A stretch of 61,872 nucleotides of DNA, filler included, from Circinaria calcarea (taxonomy: Eukaryota): the NCBI GenBank assembly GCA_051942165.1. It is 15 parts of 15 records of this genome, joined end to end, with 100 filler letters (N's around TTAATTAATTAA, not from the genome) between each part and the next. Parts side by side here need not be neighbours in the genome. Positions count along the whole stretch, not along the records: positions 1 to 4,047 come from JAVECS010002490.1; positions 4,148 to 8,194 come from JAVECS010002491.1; positions 8,295 to 12,340 come from JAVECS010002492.1; 12 more parts are not named here. One strand, given 5' to 3'. This document shows, piece by piece, positions 1 to 12,440 of this stretch (positions are counted from its first letter, which is position 1; each line of letters opens with the position of its first letter). The notes below the pieces were generated by a model, which saw only the letters and a list, made by a program, of their open reading frames with translations, was not told where the DNA came from and searched no databases. The translations under genes and the position numbers were made by a program.

Positions 1-223
1 GCAAACTGCCCCGGCGGAGGGTTGAATCCTCTTTCTTGAGGGTATGGTGAATGCCCTTGCGATTGGTACTGGGACGGTGGCGGCTGATGGTATCCAGGCT
101 GTGGAGAGTCTAATTTCCCGAAAATCAGTCATTGGTAGCGAAGAATGTTGCGGTGAATATCGTACGACCTGGCGGGGGAACTCCATATGGAGGATACCCA
201 GGTTGAGGCTGTTGATGCGCCAT
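1..223 (-). CDS. 5' end of a gene with a Pro/Gln/Tyr/Gly-rich N-terminus (truncated by window edge)
   Basis: ATG at 223 gives MAHQQPQPGYPPYGVPPP, then a 59-nt intron at 168..110 (GT...CTGAT...TAG), then DSPQPGYHQPPPSQYQSQGHSPYPQERGFNPPPGQF. Confidence 0.6.
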
Positions 224-1155
224 TGCGGTCGTGCCTCGACTCGAATACCAGATGAAAGCGCTATATAAGACGTACAGAGAGAATACAGTACTATAATTTC
301 GTATAGTATAGAACGACGAAAGCGATGGACGAAGATGTGTAAGCCATGAGAGAGAGATGGAACGAAGAGGGCCATAAGCATCGACCCTGCACTACCGCAA
401 GGCTTCCTTCCAACGCCATCTAGCACACCAGCCCACCTGTCCTTTCCCAGGTGAGATAGTCATCGGTCCCTGAAGTTTGTGATAGGTTTCATGCAAGTGA
501 TCCCGTCGCATTTAGCTTGCCAAGGCGTATTGCGAGGCAGACTGCGCTTCCCACGTGCAGTGGCGAATTGATCCCGGGGGGGTTGTGATTAGAAGAGCTG
601 TGGCGTCAAAAACCCTGCGCCTGCGAGTGTGGCTGGTGCTGTAAGACTCTAAACAATATGATGTTGTATCTCACATTCAAATCACGACTTCCAGAATTCG
701 TAATGGTGGCAATCCGGCTCGGAAAGCTTGGATTCCGTTCTGAAGACGACCGAAGATTGCAAATACAGAAGGGCAGAATGATACAAGACAAGCCATGCCG
801 CGTGTATAGAGACAACAACTTCCGTGTCATCCAACACAGCCACGGACAACTCCAACTCCATTATTGAAGAGAGAGAATCAGGCAACTTTACCATGAAAAG
901 CCTCCGCACGGAGACACAGCTGATGATATCAAGACAAAGAGTACAACTGTATAGTATAGCATACATACTTCCTTTACTCTTTGTCATAAATAATGGCCTA
1001 CCTCCGCTAAGATCGTGGTGCCTATATATTTTCGTTCCTTCAGAATACTGTAGCTATTAGGACCAGACTGATCCGCAATAATACCCGATGAATACTCTAA
1101 CCGACTGTCGGTCCGGATTTGGCATGGCCCCCTTTGCCAACATCAGGATGCCTTC

Positions 1156-2485
1156 TTAGTACTGCGACCTGCCACGCTCCTGTGACGATCTAGAGTTGCC
1201 TTCCGAATACGCCGAATGGTCTCCATCGAATCCTAGACGACCATGGAAGTTTGATAGTGGTCCTGCCGGAGATTTGCTTCCATCATATGGGCTATATACT
1301 CCAATCTCCGGACGCTGCCGGACATAACTAGTGCTGGAATGCAAACTTTCGACGATTGTCGATAGCTGGCTTGGTGTCGGCTGCGTTCCATAACCACTTG
1401 AATCTGTCCTCGGTCCTTCCACGTCAAAATCAGTGTCAATGGACGGGAGCGAATACCATCCAGAACTCGATGTTTCTGACGACCAATTCCCCGCGATCTC
1501 ACTAACACTTGCAGGTGCAGATGATGAGGGCATTGGAGGCGAGTGTCGAGACGATACGCTTCTACCAGTGCCTGTCAAACACAACGTCTGTCAGATTTAA
1601 CATTCAACGGGTGCGAGCATAGTCCCTCGAACAGATATTACTCTCGGGGAGACGGTAGTTATACGTACCAGCGGAAGGCTCGCCAGAGCTATCAGGCGGA
1701 AATATCTCAGCGAGAGAAGGAGACGGTATACTGGGTTGGCTAATCAATGTTTGATCGAGGTCTTGTGATTGACCCCGGCTCTCAGGTGAAGGAAACATCT
1801 GCGGCGGTCTGTTTTTGCCTCTTCCCAATGGATCTTGGGTTTTCCACAGTGGAGCACTTGGACGTCCAGATGCACCTGGAAACCGTCCTGGCTGTTGTGG
1901 ATATCTTGATCTGGGAATTATCGACATAGGAGCATTTGGCGTCCTGATTGGAGGGCGGTGTGGTGGAACTCTGTAGATTGGATTCGGTCTTTTAGGTACC
2001 GGATAGCCATCCTCGCTGATCTCACAGGAGCAGTAAGAAGACAAGGACTCTGATGAAGTTCCACTTGATGGAGTTCGACTAAGTTTTGGAGGCTTCGATT
2101 TTCTGGAGGTATTAGGTCCTTTTACGCACATGATGTTTCTATTTCCACCGCGATTTTCTTTGCTCCCTGGCTGTGATGAGTCTTCTGGCCACCTTGGGCT
2201 TCTTGCTTCTTTGGTCGAGTTCGAACCTGCTTGCCTACTTTCAAGTATCACTTGCCTGTACTTGCGTTTCACATATGCGACTAGTAGAGCGAAAGCGATC
2301 AATAAAATGACAGATGCCACTGTCAGAGCAACGATGGTACCTGGTGGAGTACTAGTCGTTGTGGTGCCGGAGTGGGACGGAGATCTTGCGGAGGCCGAAG
2401 GAGAAGCTGGTCTGGCGGATACTGCTGGGAGGAGAGGCTCAAAAACGCTCTGGCGACGGACTTGCGCGATAGGCACTGAAGGCAT
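1156..2485 (-). CDS. Single-pass membrane protein with long Pro/Ser-rich low-complexity tail (2 exons)
   Basis: TM helix IVALTVASVILLIAFALLVAYV followed by KRKYR. An intron at 1668..1572 (GTACGT...TGACAG) joins ORF 1604..2608 in frame to ORF 1156..1584. Confidence 0.6.
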
Positions 2486-3273
2486 GAGGAGAGAATGTTG
2501 TCTACGCTCGCTAATTTGGAGTGTGGTGTTGGTATGTTCTCGGTTTTGCCAAACGCTTCCTGTAGTCTCGATCTTCCACAGAGTATTGAGAACTGCTGTC
2601 ACGGCCACTGGTTCCTAATTTCCCTAGGTATCCAAAGAGCCGTGTTCTCAACAGCTTGGTGTTTTGCCAACACATCTCCATTCTTGGTATGTTTTGTCAA
2701 ACTGCGTTCTTCCTGTATTTCGTCATTGGGCTCTGTTGCGGTCTGGGCAATGATTGCAGCCAAATCACTGATTCAGCAGTTAACGGCAAACATTACAAGC
2801 TTCCGAGCTTCCTATGGATTCTTTAAGCTAACCTACGGATTGACATGGAATACATTGCCACCGTGGCCAAAGCATCACCACCACATACCATTTCTCTTTG
2901 GATACATCATCGTCCGCGTGGGAATCTAGTTGACCTTGGAAATCTATCCTACATTCATCTTTAAACTGCCGAATCTCCTTAACAACACCTCCGAAGCTGA
3001 AATCCAATGTTGAGTTGAGCCCAATCGTCGTACGGACCTGTAAGTAGCCGCTGCCAACGTTCTCGAAGGCTTCTTTGCCATTCGAGAAGAAACCAAATCA
3101 ATCACATTGTAACGCAAACATGCAACTATCCGACCCGAACGGAAGTCTTATTGTTCTGGAAACATTGTTTCTCCCAGCTCAATCACAGTCCAAGATCACT
3201 AAGTGTGTCTGGCGTTATAGGATGAGATCCTAGTGGGGAGAGGGACTATGCTACCAAAGTCAGTCACAGTATT

Positions 3274-4047
3274 CTAGGTTCCAACACTGTAACTTTCCGC
3301 TTGGTAACTTACTGCGTTTGCTGGATTATTGACATTTTCGTTGTACCCTGGTGGAAAGGGTACTGATGTGGTATCCTGGAACCCTCCATTCATGTACGTG
3401 CTCCCAGCAGCTACAGTATGCTCTCTGTCAACCTGCATCGTTTGTATACTGTTGCCCCCACCAACACCTCCGGCCGTTGCAATTTCCCGTCGCTTCGATT
3501 TCGCTAGTAGGGCACTTGGTGTCTGCATCGGGGCCTCGGTCACTGGTTCCTTCGGTGCTCCAACAACACCCAAGCTGGTACCTAGAGCCACTATCAGCAA
3601 CCTCTTCATTACCTTCACTGAAATCGCATCTCCCTTACCAGGCCCTTTCCGCTCCACGTCCCCAAGCTCCCTATATATCTTCCTCTTCTCCTTCCCCTCC
3701 CTTATCTTCCTCGCCAACCACAACCCCACCCCCAACAGCACCAGCACCACACTCACACACGCCGCAATCAACCCCCCTCTCATTCCCCAACTCCATCCCT
3801 CCCATGCCGTTCCCGGCTGCGCCAAATACACCTTGGCGCCCAGATCCACCAGCTCTCCGCCTGGCAGCGTCGCCAGCGCGGCGGGAGCCCCCTGCATGAC
3901 CGTCGCAGTCTGCAGTACCACGCCCGAGGGGTCCACGATCACGTTGTCGAGTTCCGTCAGGAGCAGGATGGGCAGGGGCGTCAGGTAGAGTTTGGACGAG
4001 GGGTCGGTGGGGGAGGGGAGGGTGGTGTATTGGATTGGGTTCGGGAT
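3274..4047 (-). CDS. Single-pass membrane hypothetical protein, 5'-truncated
   Basis: TM GLIAACVSVVLVLLGVGLWL plus basic ARKIREGKEKRK. In-frame 57-nt intron at 3638..3582 (GTAAGG...CTGAT...TAG). Confidence 0.55.
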   Translation of the reverse strand: MPNPIQYTTLPSPTDPSSKLYLTPLPILLLTELDNVIVDPSGVVLQTATVMQGAPAALATLPGGELVDLGAKVYLAQPGTAWEGWSWGMRGGLIAACVSVVLVLLGVGLWLARKIREGKEKRKIYRELGDVERKGPGKGDAISVKVMKRLLIVALGTSLGVVGAPKEPVTEAPMQTPSALLAKSKRREIATAGGVGGGNSIQTMQVDREHTVAAGSTYMNGGFQDTTSVPFPPGYNENVNNPANAVSYQAESYSVGT

Positions 4048-4147
4048 NNNNNNNNNNNNNNNNNNNNNNNNNNNNNNNNNNNNNNNNNNNNTTAATTAAT
4101 TAANNNNNNNNNNNNNNNNNNNNNNNNNNNNNNNNNNNNNNNNNNNN
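4048..4147. other. Artificial contig spacer (N44-TTAATTAATTAA-N44); first of 14
   Basis: Identical 100-nt spacer with stops in all six frames also at 8195, 12341, 16486, 20630, 24764, 28898, 33031, 37162, 41289, 45410, 49528, 53644 and 57759. Intervening contig lengths never increase (4047 down to 4014 bp). Confidence 0.99.
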
Positions 4148-4929
<782 letters not shown>

Positions 4930-5817
4930 AACGATTAGATATCTCCAGATCGAACAAGGTTAGCTTTCTGAAGGCCGTAGTTAGCAGGTCTGTAAGAGCC
5001 ATCCTCAAAGCAGCTAATGCTATTACCGTATATCAAGTCATGGTATACCAATCCATGTCAAAGATTAACTAGTTGCTCGCCCTGACACGCATTTGCGAAG
5101 CAGTAGCCTATGTTTGGCCCTACCGCAAGAGGTACGGTTTGGCAAGGAGAATGTATGCTGCAAACAGTCGCACACTCCTACGCGTGGTGTCATTGATGGG
5201 GAAGCTGATTACCTCTTGCTGTATTTCGCCATGTACCTTGCAGTAGATGCGGGGTTTCTTGGACTTTAAGTTTGTTACTCGGCACTTGTGCGACAGGCGG
5301 AGGATTTGGCATAGCATTTGTTAGAATGGAATGATACAAATTTGGTACGGAGTGTGCTGGATAGTTAAAGCCGTGGTAAAGCGAGGGTGAACCGGGAAAG
5401 ATTTTCGGTAATATCTATTTTAATCAAAGTTAGTCCCTAATTTGTCCAATAGGAAGGGGAGCGCCCCAGTACTCCCGTACATTGAGCGCCTAGGCGGTGA
5501 CAAATATGAAGGAGGTTGTAATCGAATATCAACAGCGCATGCGACCCACGAGTAGTAGGTATAGCTTTCTAAAGTATCTAGGATGTGGCGATGCGATGCT
5601 ACGACTGGCGCAGCTTACCGACTAATCATCACCGTCCTTCTCCTCATAGTTCACGGTTTCTGGAGCTTCCATACAGTTAGTTGCCAGACCAGATGAAGGA
5701 CTTCTGCCTCCGATGAACGTCCGAGGACATGATCCAATGGACACTGATGTACCTGAACCGTATGACTGTGAGATACGGAATTCGGGTCACTTAGATGATT
5801 GGAATCTCTGACCGCCA

Positions 5818-7648
5818 TGGCTGATTGACAATCACAATACCGCTCGAGACCGTGGCCTTTGACTGCGCTGGATCTGCTCGTGCTCGTTGTTGTCAAGTAT
5901 CCATCCGTATCTGTGGACTTTCGCCATACTCTTCTGTTTCTCGGCCAATAGGTACGCAATTGGTAGTTCTAAACCTCCGAATAACGTACCAGCTCCCCTA
6001 TTCGCTCAACGACATGTCTTTGGCTAGCATCGCATAGTGGCAAGGCGACTCTACCGAATAACTATTAACCTCCATAGGAAGTATAGAAGACTTATACTGG
6101 CTGGCCCAAAGGATGTTAGAATTTCTGATGTGACCGCAATCCAAGCCATACATGGTGAGTTGGTCCGAGCGCTCTTCTCTAAAGTATCCCAAAAGCTGGC
6201 AGGTGCGGGTCCCAAGCTCAGAAAGAGTGATTGGTATAGCTTCTGGCAGGGACATTGCAAATTCCATCTTGTCATCATGGCGTCCCTTAGCGTCTCCGAG
6301 TCGTATGTGGGTGATGCTTCTCGACTTTATGGCCAAGATGAGGGAGAAAGACGGATGGAATCTTGATATGGACCTCTGGGTTCAGCCGTTTGCGTTCGGT
6401 GCGTAGTGAGCATTCTCTCGTGTCCGACTGGATTGCTAATGATGATATTTGGCGCGGTAGCTTTCTCTAAGCGGTTTGGGTTATGAACGCTGGGAGGGAT
6501 GCTATCTCCTTCAAACAAAATGAGGTTGCCCTTGGATCGGGTGCATGGATTGGTCAGGTTCCTTGCCTTTACTGGCTGCAGGAGTGTATAGCGCCTGTGT
6601 TGGCAATCATCTTTGTATAAGTGCTCGCCATGGCAGCTTGCGCAGTTTCGTCTGCCCAAGGCGTTACGAAACCGCGAACATCAAGTGAGCGAACGTCCAG
6701 TTATACCTGGGAAACTTCTCGTGGTGCAGAAGGACAAGCCCGGTGAAATGGAAGATATGGCTGTGCTTTGAATGGCTACTGGTAATGTCTTTGCTGGGAG
6801 CAATACGACATCCATACCTATTTGCTTTAGGCTTTGCCACTTGTGTAAGAACCCGGCATGTTTATCTAAAGTATACGGAAGCAGGGAAACTGACTTTACC
6901 AATATCACTCGTGCAGACCATGGAAATGCCCTCCCTTCAGGCCTACATGCATGAGGGCCTCCGCTGTTATTCAGCTATGCGCATTGGCCTCCCTCGTGTA
7001 ACAACTCCGGGGGTGTTGACATCGATGGAAGGTATGTACTGGAAGCAGTTGGTATAATGATTCCCCTGAAGCCGGCATAGACGGACGTTGACCAAAACCA
7101 AGACGGTGGCAGGTGTGAATCTTTGGGTTGCACATCGAGGTAAGAGTGTTTTTTGGTGAGGGTGTGAAAGTATTTGAGCTGGAGAGATAGTTCGAGGATG
7201 ATTCGGGTGATATGAGTATGCCGCCCATTAGCTTTCCTTTTTTCCTGCTAAAGAGGGTTTTGACATCAAGGAGTCGTCAACGGGGTTCTTCTTTGCATTT
7301 GGATCCGGAGCTCAAGGCTGTCTAGGCGAGGTAAGAACCACAATGTTCCTGAATTGACGAATGTGCGGCTGATTGGGGTGTAGATCTAGATGGAGATGTC
7401 AAAGGTAGTAACCTGAGCTGAGAGCCAGATGTCCCAACTCGCTGACCTTACCAGCACGTTCCAAAACTGTCACTCATTTTTAGTATTGATCCTAGCGATT
7501 CAAAAAGTCTTCCTAGACCGAAACGTACTGATTGTATCCCCCATGGGTCCAATCCCGGGCAAAGAGATGAGCATTCTGTCTAATCAACCGTAAAAGATGC
7601 TTCGTGAAGCAAGATGGCCTCAAGATAGCATTAGGTTCGAGAGAATGA
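5818..7648 (+). pseudogene. Cytochrome P450 pseudogene (multi-exon, stops and frameshifts; start approximate)
   Basis: P450 motifs in order but in shifting frames: NVPAPLFA, LHRKY..GPKDVRISD, RKSDWY, I-helix AGSNTTS, K-helix HEGLR, PERW decayed to LER* (TAG 7188), heme FGSGAQGCLG (about 7290-7330), I*MEMSK (TAG 7387), C-terminal FVKQDGLKI. Confidence 0.85.
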
Positions 7649-8380
7649 TGGTGAACAACTGCTAGCTGCAGGGCTGGGATTTAAGTGAACGTGGTTGGAC
7701 TGGAGTGTCAGAACTGGGGAAGGGGGGGGGCGGATCACTTTCCCCAGGCTCCCCGTTCACCTTCATGGTCGTTGCAAGGCCATCTTAATATGGCATTGCG
7801 TCTGACTGTGAGAATATGAGCAACAAGATGTAGGCTGGTTGATAGACAGCTGTATAGTAAGGGAGCTTTGAGCTCTGATATTTCATTTAAATCCCCTATA
7901 CACACAGCAGCCCTTTCGGTTATTCTGAGCCTTCCCTAAACCCTTAGCAACATTAGCGGCATCACCCATCCGCCGCTAGCAGTCTCCTTAAGAACGCTCG
8001 ACGCGTTTCTCCTTCTCTCTGAGTGTCCAATGTTCCCCATGTGAAGAGTAATACTATAATTTATCATTATTAGCCCTAACCTGTAAGACGTCACTAAGCG
8101 AAAAGCCCTAATGAGCGATTTCCAACAAGCCGCCGAGTTGGAGGATCCGAAATATGATGGCCGTGCCTGCTGGGATGAGGAAACCTGCAAAGACNNNNNN
8201 NNNNNNNNNNNNNNNNNNNNNNNNNNNNNNNNNNNNNNTTAATTAATTAANNNNNNNNNNNNNNNNNNNNNNNNNNNNNNNNNNNNNNNNNNNNCCCTAA
8301 TCACAGCTGATTTACATCCTATATGGCTTAGGCGTCTAATGGCGGTAGATCCCGCTTGTCAATCTATCAATTCCCAGATG

Positions 8381-10018
8381 CTATTGCTTCAAGTCTCGTT
8401 TCTCGCGCCAACCAGGACTCTTCACCTTCAGCACCGCCACCGCTCCACCAACAACAAAAAGATCCATGAGAGCAAGACCCGTGAAGCACCACCCCAATCC
8501 CATCTTCCTGACGAGCGGCTGGATGATGACGGCGGCCAACGCCGCTGCTGGATTCCTGAGCAGCCCTCCCAACGCGAAGACGCTGGCTGCTTGTGTGGGC
8601 ACGCATTCCGTGAGGAAACTAGTGGAGGTGACAAATACCCAGGTCAAGCCGAACCCGGCGAGGAAGGTCGCGAAAAGCACCGCGGCTGGGTGGATTCTAT
8701 ATTGGCAGAACCATCCATACATGAGATTTCCGGCCGCGCAGAGGAGCACGCCCCAGATCTGATCTGCAAGTCGCCGCTCGGGATGGACAGTTCCATCCGG
8801 AGATGCCTTGACGATTTGCGCTCTTTGCCAATCCGAGAACCGGCCGCCAAGTAAGGAACCAATAACCATTGCAATCCCTGATTCTGCTTGAGTGTCTCAA
8901 TCCTTAAGAGTATTTCAATTGGATAAGCGCTTACCTGATGCGAGATAGCTAAAGCCAACATTCGTCGTAGACCAGTTGTATATGTCAGTAAGGACCCGGG
9001 GCTGGGTAACTGCTATACAGTAATAGCTGGCAAACAGCAACGCGGTGTTGCAGGACACGATGCCAATCGGCGGATAACAAAAAAGTTGGATGAAAACTTT
9101 TGGTGTAGGTACCTTGGATTTGGGACCGCTCACTGCAACCTTCTTACTCTGGAAGGTGGGTGGCCAGCTGATCCAAGATTTCCCAGCATAATCGGCTCCA
9201 TTACCGACACGGGATCTCAATGTTTCCGGGTGACAGAAGATGATCAGTAGCCAAAGGCAAAAGCTGGCGATTGCTGCGTGTCTATTAGCCATCCAATCCC
9301 TACCTTCGACTCTATTGACAACTCGCCTAAGAAGCCGAAAATCCACCTCCAAGAAGTTTGACCTGCGAACAATCCCCCAAGGACTGGACCCAGGATTGGA
9401 CCCAGCTGGGGACCCAGCAAGAAGATGGACATTGCAAACGCTCGTCCTTTGGGTTCCACCATATCAGCAACGGTGCCAGCCCCGAGCGAGGCAACGGCGC
9501 AGGAACCGAAGGCTTGGATGATCCTTAGAGTCAGCAACGCGCCGTATTTGGCCGGAACAGTCGCCAGCAAGATATTGGCGGCGATGAATATCCCAAAAGA
9601 GACAATGTATAGCGGGCGTCGACCACGCCAATCTGACAAGCCGGCCCATAGCAACGGCTTCTTATCGTTAACAGAGTGTTATACAGAAACATGGAAGATC
9701 GGCAGCAGCAACCGATGGCGGAATAAAAGGATCGCTTACGCCGATGGCAAAAACAAGCATGAACACCGAGACCGTCACATTGATCGCGGTATCAGACACA
9801 TTAAACGCATCTTCCAGCACATTCAGCGCCGGAAGATAAATACCGCCTGACAGCGGGCCGAAGAAGCCGGCTGCCGTGACGACAAAGATGATAAAGTTCT
9901 TGCGATGCGTTGAGAAGGCCGTGTAGGGAGCCGGCGCAGGTGCCGGCTCATTTTTGGAATGCTCAACCACCAGGTCCTTTTCGAGTTTATCGGAACTCGA
10001 CGCTGATGAATCTGCCAT
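8381..10018 (-). CDS. MFS drug:H+ antiporter (DHA1, Qdr/Aqr-like), multi-exon
   Basis: Motif A LSDWRGRRP, RIIQAFG, motif C LGPQLGPILGPVLGG, WRWIF, PET, HPERRL. Introns with GT/AG ends link four ORFs. Confidence 0.9.
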
Positions 10019-10725
10019 AACGGTAAGGGGGCGTTCCCCAATCGTGTAAATCTGTTACTTCACGGTAGGCGGAGAATATATAACCGATGCGAAAGTTTGA
10101 GCATTCAGATATATGTATAAGGGGGCGGGGCCGGTGAGCTCCAGGCCAACAAAATAAATAAATGGCGAACAATAAAAAACCGCACGAACATGGATCTTTA
10201 TATCAGTAAACCGATTTCAGGCTGACGCAACTTTCTGGGCAACCAGAGGGATTCTTATGAGTTACAATCAGCAAAGGTGAATGCAAAGAATAAGCGCTAC
10301 ATCGGTATGTGCCAAGAGCGTAAGGCCCAGCTGTACTTCTGCACAGTAACAACTTGCTTGGCTGGACCGTTCGCCGGCATATACAGCCCCGGTAGCATAA
10401 AGGGTGCAAATGTGCTCAAATCCATCGGTTAAAATTACCTCAAATGACCTCGAATGGTGGTGGAAGCGGTGCTGGAGGAACGTGCGTACGGAGTGATATA
10501 ATGACCTTTGAAGTGGACGATCGGCCCTTCAGCACGCTGTTAAGGCAAACTCCCTTTGTTCCAATCAACTGGGCATCACGAATCCATCATTGAACGCTTT
10601 CTGTCATCTTGGCGAATGCAGCTTTGAGGCAGAGGCTACGAGTTTTCTACTGAGAATCCATTGTTTATTGCTCGGGTTGACCACCGACCAGAATATCTGG
10701 GCTGCTCCCTCTCCCCTCTCTGAAA

Positions 10726-12340
10726 ATGCAAAATCTACCCACCACCTCAGACTCACCCCGTTCCCATTCCATCGCCAAACCGTCCGTCGAGATAAAGGAA
10801 GAGCAGACGACCGGCCATGGCGGTCTTCCAGAGTCGACCGAAATCGAAGGCCCTCTGAGTTCCCGCAAGGCATTTCTGTCCTGGCTTCTCCTTTGCTACT
10901 CGGTAAGGGGGGGGGGGCTTATCTAGAGAACCGACTCTTTCGCTGACCGCATTTTTTTCCCAGACGGGCCCGACTAGTTCCATGGTGTTCACGTATATAC
11001 CCATCTCCCTCCAATCGATGGCGAACACCTTGGGCCACCAGCCCGGGAGCTCGCAGAAATGCGCCACGCGTGGCGCCATCCGTTGTCTCGTAAAGTTTGG
11101 CACCGGCGAAGTCGACTACAACAGTTACGTGTCAGTTCCGACGTGTCCCTCGCCCAGAGTATAGATTGCAGGGGAAACTGACGAGTTGATTCGCTAGTCT
11201 CTATCTCCAAGCCATTGCTCGAGCTTGTGAGGGCATTCTAACCCTCTTCTTGTCTGGGATTGCCGATTACTCACGTACGTCACGGTACCATGGAGCTCCA
11301 ATGCGTCGTTTAAGCTAATAACCGCTTCGATAGACTATCGCAAATCGTCCATGCTGATAACCATCATCTTATTTGGCGCGCTGGCGCTTCCATTTGCGGC
11401 CTTGACCGGTAGAAACTACTCTTTGCTGAAAGTCTCGTCGGTTCTCTATTGCCTGATGACGACGATCCAAGGCGCCTATGGTACCATGGAAGCATCTTAT
11501 ATTCCGCTGTTTATGCGCGCGTCGGGCTGGTATCACCCTCGGCCTCGGCTACAGGATAACCACGCAGTGGGAGAAGTGGTGGATGCCGAGCAAGTTGGTT
11601 CTCAACCACGGGGCATCGGGAAACCATATTCCAAGAAATCCTTCAATAAAGGCGTGCGTGTCAGCGTTCTTGGGCTGTTTGTCAGCAACGTCGGTAGCCT
11701 CACGGCTCTGCTGATCGGCCTTATCATCACCAACACTAGAGGGTCTGCCAGAGTGGTCGGATATCATAAGTAGGTTCCTGTGGCGCATTACTTTACTCGG
11801 CATATCCTAGGTTGACGATTTCTTAAGCTTCCTACTCGCCATCACAATCGCAGGTTGCCTCACCATAGTCTTCGGGACTATTGGAGGACTTGTCATTCCT
11901 TCTGTTCCCGGGAAGAAACGCAACGGAGGAAATTTGCTGACCTTGTCCGTTTTGAGATGTAAGTAGTAACTAACTCCTTCATTCGTGTCGGTCAAATCCT
12001 AAGAAACCCCCCAAATAGTCATTTCCCTCCTCCGCTCCATTAGAAACTATCCGGAAGCCTTCAAGCTCTGCATCGGCTGGATCCTGTGGAATACCGCCTA
12101 TAGCGCTCACAACTCCGTGCTATCCCTCCTCTTTCGCGAGACGCTTGGCCTCGGCGTCTCAGACGGTGAATACACCACTTGGACCTTCACCGCCATCGTA
12201 TTTGCAAGCATGGGTAGTATCTCCTGGATGTTCATCTTTCCGCACGCCAGGCTCTATGTGAAAACCTGGGCATACGCCTTCTTGGCAGTCAACATGACCT
12301 GCATCGTCTGGGGTGCCCTGGGCATCAACGACGGCGTTCC
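10726..12340 (+). CDS. Atg22-family MFS transporter (vacuolar amino-acid efflux-like), multi-exon, 3'-truncated
   Basis: Spliced sequence FLSWLLLCYS/TGPTSSMVFTYIPISLQSMA, Cys loop CATRGAIRCLVKFG..VDYNSYV, ASYIPLF, RVSVLG, YPEAFKLCIGWILWNT. Confidence 0.75.
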
Positions 12341-12440
12341 NNNNNNNNNNNNNNNNNNNNNNNNNNNNNNNNNNNNNNNNNNNNTTAATTAATTAANNNN
12401 NNNNNNNNNNNNNNNNNNNNNNNNNNNNNNNNNNNNNNNN

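Noticed and set aside
3329..3988. 219-aa plus-strand ORF, and similar antisense ORFs at 2130, 8339, 31078-31649 and 60840
   Set aside because: These are shadows of real genes on the opposite strand, with no family motifs.
4092..4103. TTAATTAATTAA recurring every 4.1 kb as a biological repeat or CRISPR-like array
   Set aside because: It is always embedded in N runs and is a synthetic six-frame-stop linker. ORFs containing X runs that cross it are artefacts.
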